A stretch of 64,000 bases of DNA from Bryobacterales bacterium (GTDB lineage Bacteria; Acidobacteriota; Terriglobia; Bryobacterales; UBA6623). Below are positions 11,901 through 23,011 of this stretch, in pieces (position 1 is the stretch's first letter; every line of letters begins with the position of its first letter). The stretch is taken from contig OY729428.2 in NCBI GenBank assembly GCA_963422375.2, forward strand, positions 1,888,001-1,952,000, in the 5' to 3' direction. A program made the translations under genes and the position numbers. Under the pieces are notes generated by a model. That model searched no databases. It had not been told where the DNA came from and was given only the letters and a program-made list of their open reading frames with translations.

Positions 11901-12914
11901 TCAGCCGCCCGCGGCCAGAATCTCGCGGAACTGGCCCGGCTCGATGTTGCCGCCGCTAATCACGCAGACCGCGGCCGACGCGGGATGCCGGTCCCCCGCG
12001 GCGAGTGCCCCGGCGACCGAGGCTGCGCCGCCTGCCTCGACAACCAGCTTCTGCTCGACGGCGAGTGTGCGAATCGCCGTGCGCATGGCGTCTTCGGACA
12101 CCAGAAGCAGGTCCTCGACGAGATCCCGCACCACTGGGAATGTGTTCGAGCCGGGGCGTATCACCGTGAGGGCGTCGGCCAGCGTAGCCGACGGCACGGT
12201 GCGGACGGGCCGGCCCTGCTCCAGCGAGCGCTTCATCGAAGGGTTCGCGAGGGCTTGGACGCCGTAGATCCGGCAGGCGGGGCGCGCTGCCTTGACCGCA
12301 AGGGCCGTCCCGGCAATCAAGCCCCCGCCGCTGACCGGCACGAACAGGCTAAAGTCTCCGGCTACTTGGTCGAGCAGTTCCAAGCCGAGCGTGCCGTTCC
12401 CGGCGATGCTCTCGACGGAATCGTAGGGGTGGACCAGCACGCGTCCGCTCTCGCTCCGGATCCGCTCCGTGGCCCCGGCCCGCGCCTCGAACGTGTCCGC
12501 GCAGAGCTCGACGCGACCGCCGAATGCCCTCGTCCGGTCTCGCTTGAAGGCCGACGCCCCTCGCATCATCACGACGGTCGCGTCGACCCCGAGACGGGAC
12601 GCGGCGAACGCGACCGCCTGGCCGAAGTTCCCGGACGAATTGGTCACGACTCCCTGCCCGCGGCAGCTGGCGAGGTTCGCGAGGATGCTGTTCAGCGCCG
12701 GGCGCACCTTGAACGCGCCGACAGGCTGCTGCGATTCGAGCTTCAGCAGGACTTCACGGCCCAACGCCCGGCTCAGGAATTCCGACCGGACTAGCGGCGT
12801 GGGGGCTAGCTGACGCGCGAGGCGGTCCCTGGCGCGGGCAATTTCCGAACGCCACGCCGACGGAGCCGCCCCAAGCACCGGCTCAAGTTCATGCGCTTCG
12901 CGGGGAGGCTCCAT
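11901..12914 (-). CDS. PLP-dependent threonine/serine dehydratase family protein
   Basis: TPL, KLESQQPVGAFKVR (PLP lysine), SSGNFGQ, VHPYD, PVSGGGLIAG, ISGGN. Confidence 0.92.
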   Translation of the reverse strand: MEPPREAHELEPVLGAAPSAWRSEIARARDRLARQLAPTPLVRSEFLSRALGREVLLKLESQQPVGAFKVRPALNSILANLASCRGQGVVTNSSGNFGQAVAFAASRLGVDATVVMMRGASAFKRDRTRAFGGRVELCADTFEARAGATERIRSESGRVLVHPYDSVESIAGNGTLGLELLDQVAGDFSLFVPVSGGGLIAGTALAVKAARPACRIYGVQALANPSMKRSLEQGRPVRTVPSATLADALTVIRPGSNTFPVVRDLVEDLLLVSEDAMRTAIRTLAVEQKLVVEAGGAASVAGALAAGDRHPASAAVCVISGGNIEPGQFREILAAGG

Positions 12915-13795
12915 TTCGCGTGTCGGATTAGGCTCGCTCGGACCCTAAACCGGCCATCGCCCGGCTTACATGCCCCGGCCCGGCGGCGAGCAGCCTGCTC
13001 CCCGCGCCTTGTGCGCTGGCTCGGTCGGGCATTTTGGGGAAGCGAGGAGGAATCAATGGAAACCCGCCCGCTCGGCGCGAATTGTTGCCGGCATCCCGCC
13101 CTGGCGACCCTGAAGGCGCGGGCGCGTTCGAATGGCCGGTGAAGGGGCGAGATCCCATGGACAGTGTACGACTCGGACCTGCGCCGGCAGCAGGACGAGC
13201 GGGACTCGCATTCCTTCACGCTGAAGACACGCAAGCACGCGGAGCCGGGCGATCCACGAGGCTGCGAGATCCCTTCCCCAACGCCAGCGTCGCGAACATC
13301 GCCGCGAGGCGTCCAGAGCATTGCCCGAGGTCTTGCTGCCGACGCAGGCGAGCGATTCTAGCAAGCTCGCGCCATTGGAGCACATGCCGCTGGGCCGACC
13401 CCGACGTCGACTTCCTCTCTAAAGCAGGTGCACAGTCGGTCCGCGAGCGCGGCTGGAAGGATCCACCCGCACTCTCGCCGGCCCCTCTGCGGCGGTGCCG
13501 GGCGACTACACGCTGGACGTGCCAATGCCCGTCGTCGGACGGGATTGCGATCCGGCTCGGTCCTCCCGGAACGGTCCGCTGACCAGCTGCCAGCGAATTC
13601 GGGAGAGGCGTCGCCCTAGCCCCGGCGGATTGGCGGGACGAAACGACGGCGGCATTCGCTGGCCCAATCGCAAGAGCATCGGCCGCATTCCGGCAGATGG
13701 GCAAGTGCTGCTCCAGCGCGCCCAATGCACCGGATCTGCTCAGTTCCTGCGATAAACTGAGCTGAGCCTTGGAATTGAGGCGCGGAGGTAGGACG

Positions 13796-16700
13796 ATGGA
13801 AACCGAGTCCACTTGGGTCCGGTCGGGCTGGCTGGTCGTAGCGGCTTTTGCCACGGCCGTGGTCGCCAGCGGCCCCGGATTGAATGCCCAGACCAGCACG
13901 GGCAGCATTCGGGGAACGGTCTACGACGAGACAATGGCCGTCATTCCAGGCGTGACCGTCACTGCCGTCGACATGAGCCGCGGCGTCGAGCGCGAGGCCA
14001 CGACGGCCGCGTCGGGAGAGTTCGTCCTGAGCCACGTCGAGCCGGGAACCTACTCGGTCGGCTTCACGGTCGAGAACTTCGCCCCCTTTGAGATCGAGGG
14101 CTTGGATGTCCGTGTCGGCGAGACCGCAACGATCTCGCCCCAGATGGCGGTGGCCGCGACGGAAGACCGCGTGGTCGTCTCGGCCGGAGCGGCCCGGTCG
14201 GCCATCGAGCCCGAGCGCATGCATCAATCCGATCACATCGATTCGGTCCGCATCGCTAACCTTCCCGTCAATCGCCGGGACTATCTCGACCTGGCCCTGC
14301 TGACGCCCGGGGTCGTCAACACGAATTACGTCGCCAACGCCACGGATCGGCGCATCATTCCTACGCCCTCCTCCGGGCTCGGCATCGGAGGCATGAACGG
14401 TCGCGGCAACACGTTCATGATCGACGGGCTGGACAACCTGTACAACTCCGGGGCCGTGCGCTCGTCAATCAGCCAGGAAGCAGTCCACGAGTTCCAAGTG
14501 AATCGTAGTTCATTCTCCACCGAGCAGGGCGGCGCGCCGGGCGGGACGGTCAACATCATCACCAAGGGCGGCACGAACGAAGTTCACGGCAGCCTTTTCG
14601 GCGTGGTCCGGAACCGGAGCTTCCAAGCCCGCAACTACTTCGACCGGGGCAGGGCGGCCTACACCAGGGCGCAGAGCGGAGTCTCGCTGGGCGGGCCGAT
14701 CAAGCGGAACGAGACGTTCTATTATGCGGCCTACGAGCGCCTGGACCGGAACGAGTCGCAAATCGTGCCCCTGCTGGACGATCCCTCGTTCCTGCACACT
14801 TTGCCGAAGTTCCAGCAGGACCTGGCCGACGTGCTGGCCGTGCGGGCGCCGCCAGCCCTGAAGCCCTTGGTGGGGCAAATCTCGGGAGGCCTGACGCCGG
14901 CGAACACTCCCGGAGTGGAAGAGCTGTTCGAGAAGAACAGCGGGGTGTTTCCTTTCAGCGAGCACCGCCAGCAGCTGCTCGCGCGTGCGGACCACAGCCT
15001 CCGCGACGGTCACAACATCTTCGTCAGGGCGAACCTGACGCTGCAGGACGCCGAGAACAGCAATTTCGGGGCCCTCTTGGGCCGTAGCAGGGGCTTCACT
15101 CGGAGCGTCTGGGACTCCGCGCTCGCGTTCGGAGACACCTACGTCATCAGCCCCTCCTGGGTGAGCGAGACGCGGGTCGGGCTCGGCTACCACGACTTCG
15201 ACGTTCTGCCCACCGACTCCCACGGTCCCTCGATCGACATCAACGGCTTCGGCTTCTTCGGCCGCGACCTGATTCTTCCCGCCCGCGTAGTGGAGCGCGT
15301 GTTCCAGGTGCGGCAGAACTTCATGCGGCTCACGAGCCGCCAGACGATCAAGTTCGGCGTCGATTACAACCCGTTGCGCGACTGGGTGCGGTCCGAAACG
15401 TTCTTCGGCGGGCGCTTCATCTTCGCCGAGGCGGTCCCGCTGAGCGCGGTCGTCGACGGGGCCGCCGGGGCGCCGCTGTCGGATCTGGTTCGCACCTCCC
15501 TGACAGCGGCGGGCATGCCCGACCTTGCCGCCACCATCGACAAGCCGATCAGCGCCGTGCAGGCGTATGCTCTCGGCCTGCCCACGATCTATCAGCAGGG
15601 CTTCGGCGATCCGTACTGGATCGGGTGGGCCAATCGGCTCAACTTCTTCGTCGAGGACTCGATTCGCATCACGCGCGACTTCCGGCTGTCGCTCGGGCTG
15701 AGGCACGAATTCGAGATGAAGACGCGCTTCCCGCGGGATTACAACAACATCGGGCCGCGAGCTGGCTTCGCGTGGAGCCCGGACGCGAAGACCGTCGTTC
15801 GCGGCGGGTTCGGCGTGTACTACTCGCGGATCGACGGCCAGACCGCGTACGTCAGCGATCTGCTCGGCAAAAGGGGCCAGATCAACCAGGTGTTCGTTCC
15901 CCTCACTGGCGTTCCGGGCATCACGAGCGCGCTCACCGGCCAGCCGCTCACCTCCGCCGAGATCTACCAGACCCAGCTCAGCCGGGGCGTGCTCGGCAAG
16001 CGTGCGATCACCGCCGACGACCTAGCGATGCACGGCATCGGCACGGGTCCCGGCAATCCGCTGAGGGTCGGGTTCCGCACCGTCCAAGACACGGTCAATC
16101 CGTACTCGACCCAAAGCAGCTTCGAGATCCAGCGCGAGCTCGGCGGGTACGCACTCTCGGCCGCCTACAATTTCAACCGCGGCGTTCACATCATCCGCCC
16201 GCTGGATCTGAACGTGATCAAGGCGGGCACGAACGACGCCGGGCTGCCTGTCCCGGGATTCCGCAACCCGCTGATCCTGCAGGACAACGCGTACGGCAGC
16301 TGGGGCAGGTCCTTCTACCACGCCATGATCCTGCAGCTGAAGAAGCGATTCTCCCAAGGCTTCACGCTGACCGCGCACCACACCTGGAGCAAGGCGATTG
16401 ACGAGGCCACGGACTACAACTCGGCGTTCGAGCCGCATCTCCAATGGGACGCGCGCAACGAGCTCGCGCTGTCGGACTTCCACCGCGGCCACCGCTTCGT
16501 GGCCAACGCGGTCGCCCAGTCCCCTTGGAAGTCGGGCATGGGCCGGGGCTTCGGTCACAACCTGCTGTCGGACTTCACGGTCGCCGGCATCGTGGTGGCG
16601 CGGTCGTTCGCGCCGTTCAACTTGAACGCGGGCTTCGACACCTTGGGGGACCGCCATACCGACACGCACCGCCCGTGGGGACTGGGTCGCAACGCCGGCA

Positions 16701-16966
16701 TCGGCCCGGCCTTCTTCGGCCTTGACGCTCGGCTCGCGCGCACGTTCTCGATTTCCGAGCGCGTGTCGCTGCAGTTCGTGGCCGAGGCATTCAACATCAT
16801 GAACAAAACGAACTTCAAGCAGGTCAACGGCGTGGTGGGCAACATGACGCTCGAGGACCTGCCTGCCCGGCTGGTCGGCAGGCGCAAGCGGGTCACGGAA
16901 CCGCTCTCCTTCATCAACGCCTTCGACCCGCGGCAGTTCCAGTTCAGCTTGCGGCTGGCGTTCTAG
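13796..16966 (+). CDS. TonB-dependent receptor
   Basis: GGAGG upstream of ATG 13796, signal peptide, LPVNRRDYLDLALLTPG, EAVHEFQV, C-terminal PRQFQFSLRLAF. Confidence 0.95.
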   Translation: METESTWVRSGWLVVAAFATAVVASGPGLNAQTSTGSIRGTVYDETMAVIPGVTVTAVDMSRGVEREATTAASGEFVLSHVEPGTYSVGFTVENFAPFEIEGLDVRVGETATISPQMAVAATEDRVVVSAGAARSAIEPERMHQSDHIDSVRIANLPVNRRDYLDLALLTPGVVNTNYVANATDRRIIPTPSSGLGIGGMNGRGNTFMIDGLDNLYNSGAVRSSISQEAVHEFQVNRSSFSTEQGGAPGGTVNIITKGGTNEVHGSLFGVVRNRSFQARNYFDRGRAAYTRAQSGVSLGGPIKRNETFYYAAYERLDRNESQIVPLLDDPSFLHTLPKFQQDLADVLAVRAPPALKPLVGQISGGLTPANTPGVEELFEKNSGVFPFSEHRQQLLARADHSLRDGHNIFVRANLTLQDAENSNFGALLGRSRGFTRSVWDSALAFGDTYVISPSWVSETRVGLGYHDFDVLPTDSHGPSIDINGFGFFGRDLILPARVVERVFQVRQNFMRLTSRQTIKFGVDYNPLRDWVRSETFFGGRFIFAEAVPLSAVVDGAAGAPLSDLVRTSLTAAGMPDLAATIDKPISAVQAYALGLPTIYQQGFGDPYWIGWANRLNFFVEDSIRITRDFRLSLGLRHEFEMKTRFPRDYNNIGPRAGFAWSPDAKTVVRGGFGVYYSRIDGQTAYVSDLLGKRGQINQVFVPLTGVPGITSALTGQPLTSAEIYQTQLSRGVLGKRAITADDLAMHGIGTGPGNPLRVGFRTVQDTVNPYSTQSSFEIQRELGGYALSAAYNFNRGVHIIRPLDLNVIKAGTNDAGLPVPGFRNPLILQDNAYGSWGRSFYHAMILQLKKRFSQGFTLTAHHTWSKAIDEATDYNSAFEPHLQWDARNELALSDFHRGHRFVANAVAQSPWKSGMGRGFGHNLLSDFTVAGIVVARSFAPFNLNAGFDTLGDRHTDTHRPWGLGRNAGIGPAFFGLDARLARTFSISERVSLQFVAEAFNIMNKTNFKQVNGVVGNMTLEDLPARLVGRRKRVTEPLSFINAFDPRQFQFSLRLAF

Positions 16967-18251
16967 CGGGCGCTCGGGGGGCGGTCCCGTCGCCGGTGCG
17001 TCGGCCGTCCCGCGCCGCGGAGAGCACGGCCTCGGCCGCCCTGTACCCGCTGCGCACGGCGCCCTCCATCGTGGCGGGCCAGCCCGTGTCCGTCCAGTCC
17101 CCGGCTAGGAACACGTTCGCGTGCGGCGTGCGCGGGCCCGGGCGCAGGCGCTCCATGCCCGGGCGGGCGGAGAAAGTCGCTCTCGCCTCGCGGATCACCC
17201 GGCTCGCGGCCAGCGCGGACCGCCGGGCCTCGGGAAAGAACTCGCGCAGCTCCCGCACGGCGAGTTCGACGATGTCGCGCGCCGGGACCGATGCCAGCTC
17301 CCGCGAGGCGCTGACCACGACGAGGTAGTAGCCGCCGCCCTTGTGAAAGAGCCACTGGATCTGGCGGTCGAGCAGCATGGCGTGCTCCAGCGCCGTGATC
17401 GGCCGGTCGAACCACAGGTGAATGCCGGTGATGGGCGAGTGCTCGAAGCGCGCCAGCTGGCCCGCGATGCCCAGGCCGGGGACGAGGCCTTCGACGCGGT
17501 CGAACGGAACCGCGCTGACGTAGAAGTCGGCCTCCTTGGACGACGGATCGATCCGCCGGACGCGAGACCCAAGGATCACCCGCACGGACGGGCCGAGGCA
17601 GCCGGCCAGCGCGGCCGAGTACAGGCTGTCCAGCGGCACGGTCGGCGTGCCCATTTCGAAGCTGTCGCGACTGCTCAGGAGGCCCTCGGAGAACACTTGG
17701 ATGGCGGGCCGGGCCGAAGCGCGCTCCGGTTCCTCGTTGAGGGCGCTCACGACGAACGGCCTCCAGAATCTGGCGACCGAGCGAGGCGTCGCGCCCCTGG
17801 CGCGCAGCCAGTCGGCGAACGAGACGTCGTCCGGCCCCGGGCGCTCCCTGCGCGCCGCGCGGAGACAGCGGGCGAGCGATAGCTTGTCGCGCCAGTCGAG
17901 GCAGCGCATCGACAGCAGCGAGCGAGCGAGGTGCAGCGGCGCGGGGAGCGGGTCCGCCCTGACTGTGTCGACCGCGCCCCCCGGTGTGACGACATGCAGC
18001 GCGCTGTGGAACCGGATCTTGCTCTCCACGCCGCAGCGGCGGTAGAAGTCGAGCAGTTGGGTGCAGCAGCGCAGGAGGACGTGCTGGCAGTTGTCGATCC
18101 GCCCGGACGCCGTGCCGATGCCCGGGGAGGGAATCGACGAGGCGCGGCCCCCGAGGAATCGCCGGGCCTCGTGCATCTCCACCGGGAGGCCGGCCGCGCC
18201 GAGCCTCGCGGCGGCGGCGAGGCCGGCCAGGCCTCCGCCGACGATCTTCAC
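16944..18251 (-). CDS. hpnE: Hydroxysqualene dehydroxylase HpnE (FAD-dependent)
   Basis: GTG start overlapping the hpnD TGA. GGGLAGL Rossmann motif, IDNCQHVLL, LAGDWTDTGWPATMEGAVRSG. Confidence 0.92.
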   Translation of the reverse strand: MKIVGGGLAGLAAAARLGAAGLPVEMHEARRFLGGRASSIPSPGIGTASGRIDNCQHVLLRCCTQLLDFYRRCGVESKIRFHSALHVVTPGGAVDTVRADPLPAPLHLARSLLSMRCLDWRDKLSLARCLRAARRERPGPDDVSFADWLRARGATPRSVARFWRPFVVSALNEEPERASARPAIQVFSEGLLSSRDSFEMGTPTVPLDSLYSAALAGCLGPSVRVILGSRVRRIDPSSKEADFYVSAVPFDRVEGLVPGLGIAGQLARFEHSPITGIHLWFDRPITALEHAMLLDRQIQWLFHKGGGYYLVVVSASRELASVPARDIVELAVRELREFFPEARRSALAASRVIREARATFSARPGMERLRPGPRTPHANVFLAGDWTDTGWPATMEGAVRSGYRAAEAVLSAARDGRRTGDGTAPRAPARTPAAS

Positions 18252-19141
18252 GCTGGGAATGACGGAATTCCTCCCGTGGCGCGCATGTGCAGCGCCCGGG
18301 CCGACAGCCACAGCTTCTTCCACGCAGGCAGGGTCACTGTACGGTCGAGGACCGCGTAGCGGACGCTGCGGATGCGGCCCAGGATGCCCCGGTAAGTCGC
18401 AACCATCGCCCAGAGGGCCGGCCGGCCGGCCGGGCTCAGCAGCTCGAGCAGGCCGGCGGACTCCTCGTAGTAGCGGTCGGCGCGCCGCCATTGGAACGCC
18501 ATGAAGCGCTGGAACCTGCGGTCGTCGGAGGAGATCCTGCGCTCGAGCAGATCCTCGCGGCTCAGGCCGAATTGCTCCAGTTCCACGGTCGGGAAGTAGA
18601 CGCGGCCCATGGCGGCGTCGTCCGCGACGTCGCGCATGATGTTCGTGAGCTGGAAGGCGATGCCGCACTTCTCGGCAAGCGGGATTGCGGCGCGCTGCTC
18701 GAAACCAAGCACGTGGATGGTCGTCATGCCCACGACCGCGGCGGCTTGATAGCAGTAGCCGTACAGGTCGTCGAACGTGCGGTGGACCTTGCCCGCCAGG
18801 TCGCTCTCCATTCCGTCCAGCAGGTCGAAGAAGTAGGCGTGCGGAATCGAGTACCGTTCGGTCGTGTCGCGGAATGCCGGGAGGGCGGCCTCGTCCGAGG
18901 AGCCTCCGGACAGGGTGCCGTGCACCCGCGCGCGCCAGCGGGCGATCTCGCGGCGGCGCTCGGGAACGGGCGCATCGCCATCGTCGGCGATGTCGTCCGC
19001 CCGGCGCATGAAGGCGTAGATCGCGCACATGGCGTCGCGCCGCTCCGGCGGGAGGAGCGCGAACGAGCGGTAGAAGTTGCCCGCCCGCGTCTTGGCGACC
19101 TGCCGGCAGTGCGAATAGGACTGCTCAAGCGTCCATGCCAT
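18248..19141 (-). CDS. hpnD: Presqualene diphosphate synthase HpnD (squalene/phytoene synthase family)
   Basis: NFY.SF, IYAFMRRADDIAD, YCY..A..VG, GIAFQLTNIMRDV..D..GRVY.P. Lies between hpnC and hpnE. Confidence 0.9.
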   Translation of the reverse strand: MAWTLEQSYSHCRQVAKTRAGNFYRSFALLPPERRDAMCAIYAFMRRADDIADDGDAPVPERRREIARWRARVHGTLSGGSSDEAALPAFRDTTERYSIPHAYFFDLLDGMESDLAGKVHRTFDDLYGYCYQAAAVVGMTTIHVLGFEQRAAIPLAEKCGIAFQLTNIMRDVADDAAMGRVYFPTVELEQFGLSREDLLERRISSDDRRFQRFMAFQWRRADRYYEESAGLLELLSPAGRPALWAMVATYRGILGRIRSVRYAVLDRTVTLPAWKKLWLSARALHMRATGGIPSFPA

Positions 19142-20078
19142 GGGCTTCGGGTGCCTCGGTCGCAGGCCTGGCTAGGCGGCGGAAGGCGGTTGCGAGCGCC
19201 AGCCAGGCCAGATCGAGCTTGCCGATGTCGGGCCTGGAGGCGATTGTGTCGCAGTCCCGCTTCGCGATCTTGGCGAGGACGGTCATGCCGGCTCGGGCGA
19301 ACATCTCGACTTCGAAGCCAAGCCGACCGCCGCAGCGGCCGGCCAGCGGGATGCCGCGCCGGAAGAGCGATGCGGCTCGCCGGGTCAGGTCTCGCAGCGC
19401 CTCGCGGCACTGCGGCGACGCCTTCCCGGCGGCCACGTCCCGAGCGAGCCGGTCCAAGGAGCAGCCGTGCGCTTGCAGCACGTCCAGGGGCACATAGACG
19501 CGACCGATTCTCCAGTCTCTCGCGACGTCCTGGCAATGGTTGGCGATCTGAAGCGCCGTGCAGATCGAATCGGAGAGAGCAAAGAGAGTGTCGTCCTGGC
19601 AGCCGTGCAGCCGCAGCACGAGCCGGCCCACCGGGTTGGCCGAGAAGCGGCAGTACCCCAGCAAGGCCTCGAAAGTGCGGTAACGGCGCACGGTCTGGTC
19701 CCGTACGAACGCCCGAATGAGGTCCTCGAAATCGCTGATCGGCAGTTCGTGGCGGCTCACCGTGTCGCCCAGCGCTACATACACCGGATGGAATGCATGG
19801 CCCCGTGCCATCTCCCGCAGCTGCGTCCACCACCAGTCGAGCAGATCGAGGCTGGTGCGGGAATCGCCCGATTCGTCGCTAAGATCGTCGGCCCAGCGGC
19901 AGAAGGCATACACGTTGCAGTAGTCCTGGCGGAGGCTCTTGGGAACTAGCGGGCTCGCGACGAGGAAATTCTCGTAGTGCTTGCGCGTCAAGGCCCGCGT
20001 GTAGCGTCGCGACTCCTCGATGCCCCAAGCGGGAAAGATCCTGCCGTGGTGCGACAGGAATTCGGTCGGAAACAGCAC
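19125..20078 (-). CDS. hpnC: Squalene synthase HpnC
   Basis: HYENFLVAS, YAFCRWADDLSDE, YCRFSANPVGRLVL, SD.ICTALQIANHCQDV. Confidence 0.92.
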   Translation of the reverse strand: MLFPTEFLSHHGRIFPAWGIEESRRYTRALTRKHYENFLVASPLVPKSLRQDYCNVYAFCRWADDLSDESGDSRTSLDLLDWWWTQLREMARGHAFHPVYVALGDTVSRHELPISDFEDLIRAFVRDQTVRRYRTFEALLGYCRFSANPVGRLVLRLHGCQDDTLFALSDSICTALQIANHCQDVARDWRIGRVYVPLDVLQAHGCSLDRLARDVAAGKASPQCREALRDLTRRAASLFRRGIPLAGRCGGRLGFEVEMFARAGMTVLAKIAKRDCDTIASRPDIGKLDLAWLALATAFRRLARPATEAPEAHGMDA

Positions 20079-20088
20079 GCGAAGTGTC

Positions 20089-21852
20089 TCAGAGGCCGGC
20101 TGCCACCCCTTCGCTCCGCGAATCGGCCGCTCCCATGATCACAGCCTCGCCGACCTCGATCGCTTCGACGTGCCCGAGGGAGCGGCCGAAACTCAGCCGG
20201 TGCCCGAACGATTCCAAGGCGTCGCGGGTTTCGGCCGAGACTCCGGACGGTTCCAAGTACAGCAGGTCGGGCATCCATTGATGGTGGAAGCGAGGGAAGT
20301 CCACCGCCTGCTGGACATTCATGCCGAAATCGATCACATCGAGAATCACCTGGGTGACCGAAGTGATAATGGTCGGCCCGCCTTGGGCGCCGATAACGAG
20401 GCGAGTCGTTCCGTCCCGCAGCACTATCGTGGGTGACATGGCGGAAAGAGGCCGCTTGCCAGGCTCGATCGCGTTGCTCTCGCTCTGCAGCAGCCCGTAG
20501 GCGTTGGGCGTGCCCGGCTTGGCGGTGAAGTCGTCCATCTCGTTGTTCAGCAGCACTCCCGTTCCCTTGGCGGTCACCCCCGATCCGTACCCTCCGTTCA
20601 GGGTGTAGGTCACAGCCACCGCATTGCCGGACGCGTCGACAACCGCGTAGTGCGTGGTCTCGTCGCTCTCGTACGCCTGCGGACGGCTATCCCCGACCTC
20701 GGCGCTCGGAGTCGCCCGGCTCTCGCGGATAGTCTTGCCTCGCGCAAGTGCGTATTTCTTGGAAAGCATTCCCTCTAGCGGGATGCGAACGAAGTCCGTG
20801 TCGCCGAAGAAGCGGGCGCGATCCGCGAAGAACCGACGCATGGCCTCGGCGGCGACGTGAATCGTGGCCGCGGATGCGGGTCCGGTGGCCGCAAGGTCGA
20901 AGCGCTCGAGGATGTTCAGGATCTGGATCACGCCCGCGCCGCCCGAACTCGGAGGTGGAGCGCCGAGTATGTCGTGGCCTCGGTAGGAGCCTGTGACCGG
21001 GCGTCTCTCGACGGGCTTGTAGGCGGCGAGATCGTCGGCGGTGATGGTCCCGCCGTTGGCGGCCATGTCCCGGGCGATCATGCGTGCCGTTCGCCCGGTG
21101 TAGAACTCGTCCGGTCCGAGGCGAACCAGGCGGCCCAAGGTCGCCGCGAGATCCGCTTGCACGAGAGTGTCTCCGAGCGAGAGATGCCGGCCGCCGTCGA
21201 GAAAAACGCGCCGGGACTCCTCGAATCTCCGCAGGCGCGGGCTCGCACGCAGGGATCGCGCCAGATCCCAGGTCACGGGGAATCCCTTGCTTGCGAGGCG
21301 CGCGGCTGGCGTCGCCATCGCGCTCCACTGCTTTGTTCCGTAGCGGGCCAGCGCGAGCGCCAGGCCGCGGACGGTCCCGGGCACGCCGGCCGCGCGGTAT
21401 CCAACCACGCTCGCCTCGGTGGCGTTGCCGTCCGGTCCTAGGTACATGTCGCGATGGGCGGAAGCGGGAGCCCGCTCACGGAAGTCGACGAACGAAGCGC
21501 GCCCGTCGGCAAGGCGGAGCAGCATGAAGCCGCCGCCGCCCAAGTTGCCGGCGTTCGGCTCGGTCACGGCGAGGGCCAGGCCGACGGCCACCGCAGCGTC
21601 GACGGCGTTCCCGCCGCTTCGCAGCACGTCGACTCCGACTTCGGTAGCGTGCCGTTCCGCGGTGACGACCATCGCGTCCCGTGCGTAGACGGGTTGCGGC
21701 CGGAACGCGCTCGCATCGGGAGCGATGAGGGCGAGAAGGACCGCGGCCAAGCCCAAAGCGAGGCGTGCCCGAGGCTCGGATGCTCGCGGAAGCGGACTGC
21801 TTCGCAGGCGTGTTCCAAGAGGCGGCCTGTCCCTGATCTGTGCGTCTGGCAT
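20089..21852 (-). CDS. ggt: Gamma-glutamyltransferase
   Basis: GGNAVDAAVA, DFRERAP, PPPSSGG, ETTH autoprocessing site, LLNNEMDDF, PGKRPLSAMSPT. Exact start uncertain. Confidence 0.95.
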   Translation of the reverse strand: MPDAQIRDRPPLGTRLRSSPLPRASEPRARLALGLAAVLLALIAPDASAFRPQPVYARDAMVVTAERHATEVGVDVLRSGGNAVDAAVAVGLALAVTEPNAGNLGGGGFMLLRLADGRASFVDFRERAPASAHRDMYLGPDGNATEASVVGYRAAGVPGTVRGLALALARYGTKQWSAMATPAARLASKGFPVTWDLARSLRASPRLRRFEESRRVFLDGGRHLSLGDTLVQADLAATLGRLVRLGPDEFYTGRTARMIARDMAANGGTITADDLAAYKPVERRPVTGSYRGHDILGAPPPSSGGAGVIQILNILERFDLAATGPASAATIHVAAEAMRRFFADRARFFGDTDFVRIPLEGMLSKKYALARGKTIRESRATPSAEVGDSRPQAYESDETTHYAVVDASGNAVAVTYTLNGGYGSGVTAKGTGVLLNNEMDDFTAKPGTPNAYGLLQSESNAIEPGKRPLSAMSPTIVLRDGTTRLVIGAQGGPTIITSVTQVILDVIDFGMNVQQAVDFPRFHHQWMPDLLYLEPSGVSAETRDALESFGHRLSFGRSLGHVEAIEVGEAVIMGAADSRSEGVAAGL

Positions 21853-22540
21853 CCCTGTCTGGCTCGGGGCCGACGCGAACAGCCAGGACGCGGGGCCTTC
21901 GTGTCTCGTATCGGGTGTCCGCCGCCGACACTCTCAGAATCGCACGGTCCGCAGATCATGCACCCGTGCCTGTCGCACAGCGCATCGTTCCCGAGCGATT
22001 CCCGGCGCTTCGACGGAATCAGCCGGCGCAACGTCGCGGCGAGGACGGCTGCTGCGAGCCCCGAGGCGCATCGGCTTCCGCCTGCGCAAGCTGCCGGCCG
22101 CCGGCCGGCTTGCTCGCCGCTGCACTTGGCGGCTCACGTGGACGGCTCGGATGCCGGCTACGGGTCCGAGCCGAGTCCAATGCACCGCCGGCCTCCCACT
22201 GGAGTGCTTGAAACCAAGCGGGGATGGGGGCCAGCGCTCAGCCTCGGTCGACAGAGGCCTTCGGCTGGAGTCTGTCAATTCGGATCCGTTCGAGGGTGTC
22301 GTTCAGCCAATCGGACGTCCGATCGGTCCGCGCTGGCCCGACTGGACGGGAGGGCCCAGCAGCCTCGGCTAGGCAACTCGATGCGCTCTCCGCGAGCGGA
22401 GCGGTCCCCGGAATCGATTCGATTTCAGCCACCGGAGCCGACATCCAAGACTTGACCGCACGTGACAACCCGAATGGCGGGTCGATGTCCCGAGCGAGCT
22501 TCTGCGATCGGCCGCCGGGATGTCGGCAGGGCCCCTGGTG

Positions 22541-23011
22541 TCACTGGAAGAGCCTCTCCAGGCGCACTGCCTTGAAGCGGCGCTTGCGGTCCTCCTCCTC
22601 GGAGTCCCACGCTCGCCTGACCGGGACGACCGCTCCGCTAGCGGCGTCCCGGATGCCGGCGAGCTCACGGGTCAGTGCGATCCCCGATTCCCCGACGGTC
22701 CCGTCGAAGCGATAGACCACGAGGTTGATCTGGTTGCCCGCCTGCTCCATCGCCTGCACGACGAACTGGATCGAGCCGTTCGAGACCGTGCCCTCGCTGA
22801 TCTCGTCGCTGGTCCCGTATGCGTTGTATGCCTTCCCCGTGAGCTCCGGCCCGCGCTGCGCGAACCGGAACGCCAAGTCCGTGGCCGGGGCGCGGCCCTG
22901 CTTCGGAATCGTGCCGATCCAGGTTCCGGTCAGGTCGGCTCCGCGGGTCGGCGAGGAAAGAAGCGAGCAGAGAGCTACGGCGGCCAACCGGGCCGCGTCG
23001 CGCCTATGCAT
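22541..23011 (-). CDS. Hypothetical secreted protein
   Basis: Signal peptide followed by ADLTGTW. Start overlaps the stop of the DUF1552 gene. Confidence 0.75.
   Translation of the reverse strand: MHRRDAARLAAVALCSLLSSPTRGADLTGTWIGTIPKQGRAPATDLAFRFAQRGPELTGKAYNAYGTSDEISEGTVSNGSIQFVVQAMEQAGNQINLVVYRFDGTVGESGIALTRELAGIRDAASGAVVPVRRAWDSEEEDRKRRFKAVRLERLFQ

Noticed and set aside
12915..13790. Short ORFs between the dehydratase and TBDR genes
   Set aside because: No recognisable motifs. Possibly a decayed gene, but I cannot support a call.
16944..19028. 694-aa HpnE with a long N-terminal extension
   Set aside because: The extension is an alternative frame of hpnD. The real start is the GTG at 18251.
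21860..22540. Overlapping Arg/Pro/Ala-rich ORFs upstream of ggt
   Set aside because: Typical high-GC shadow ORFs without motifs.
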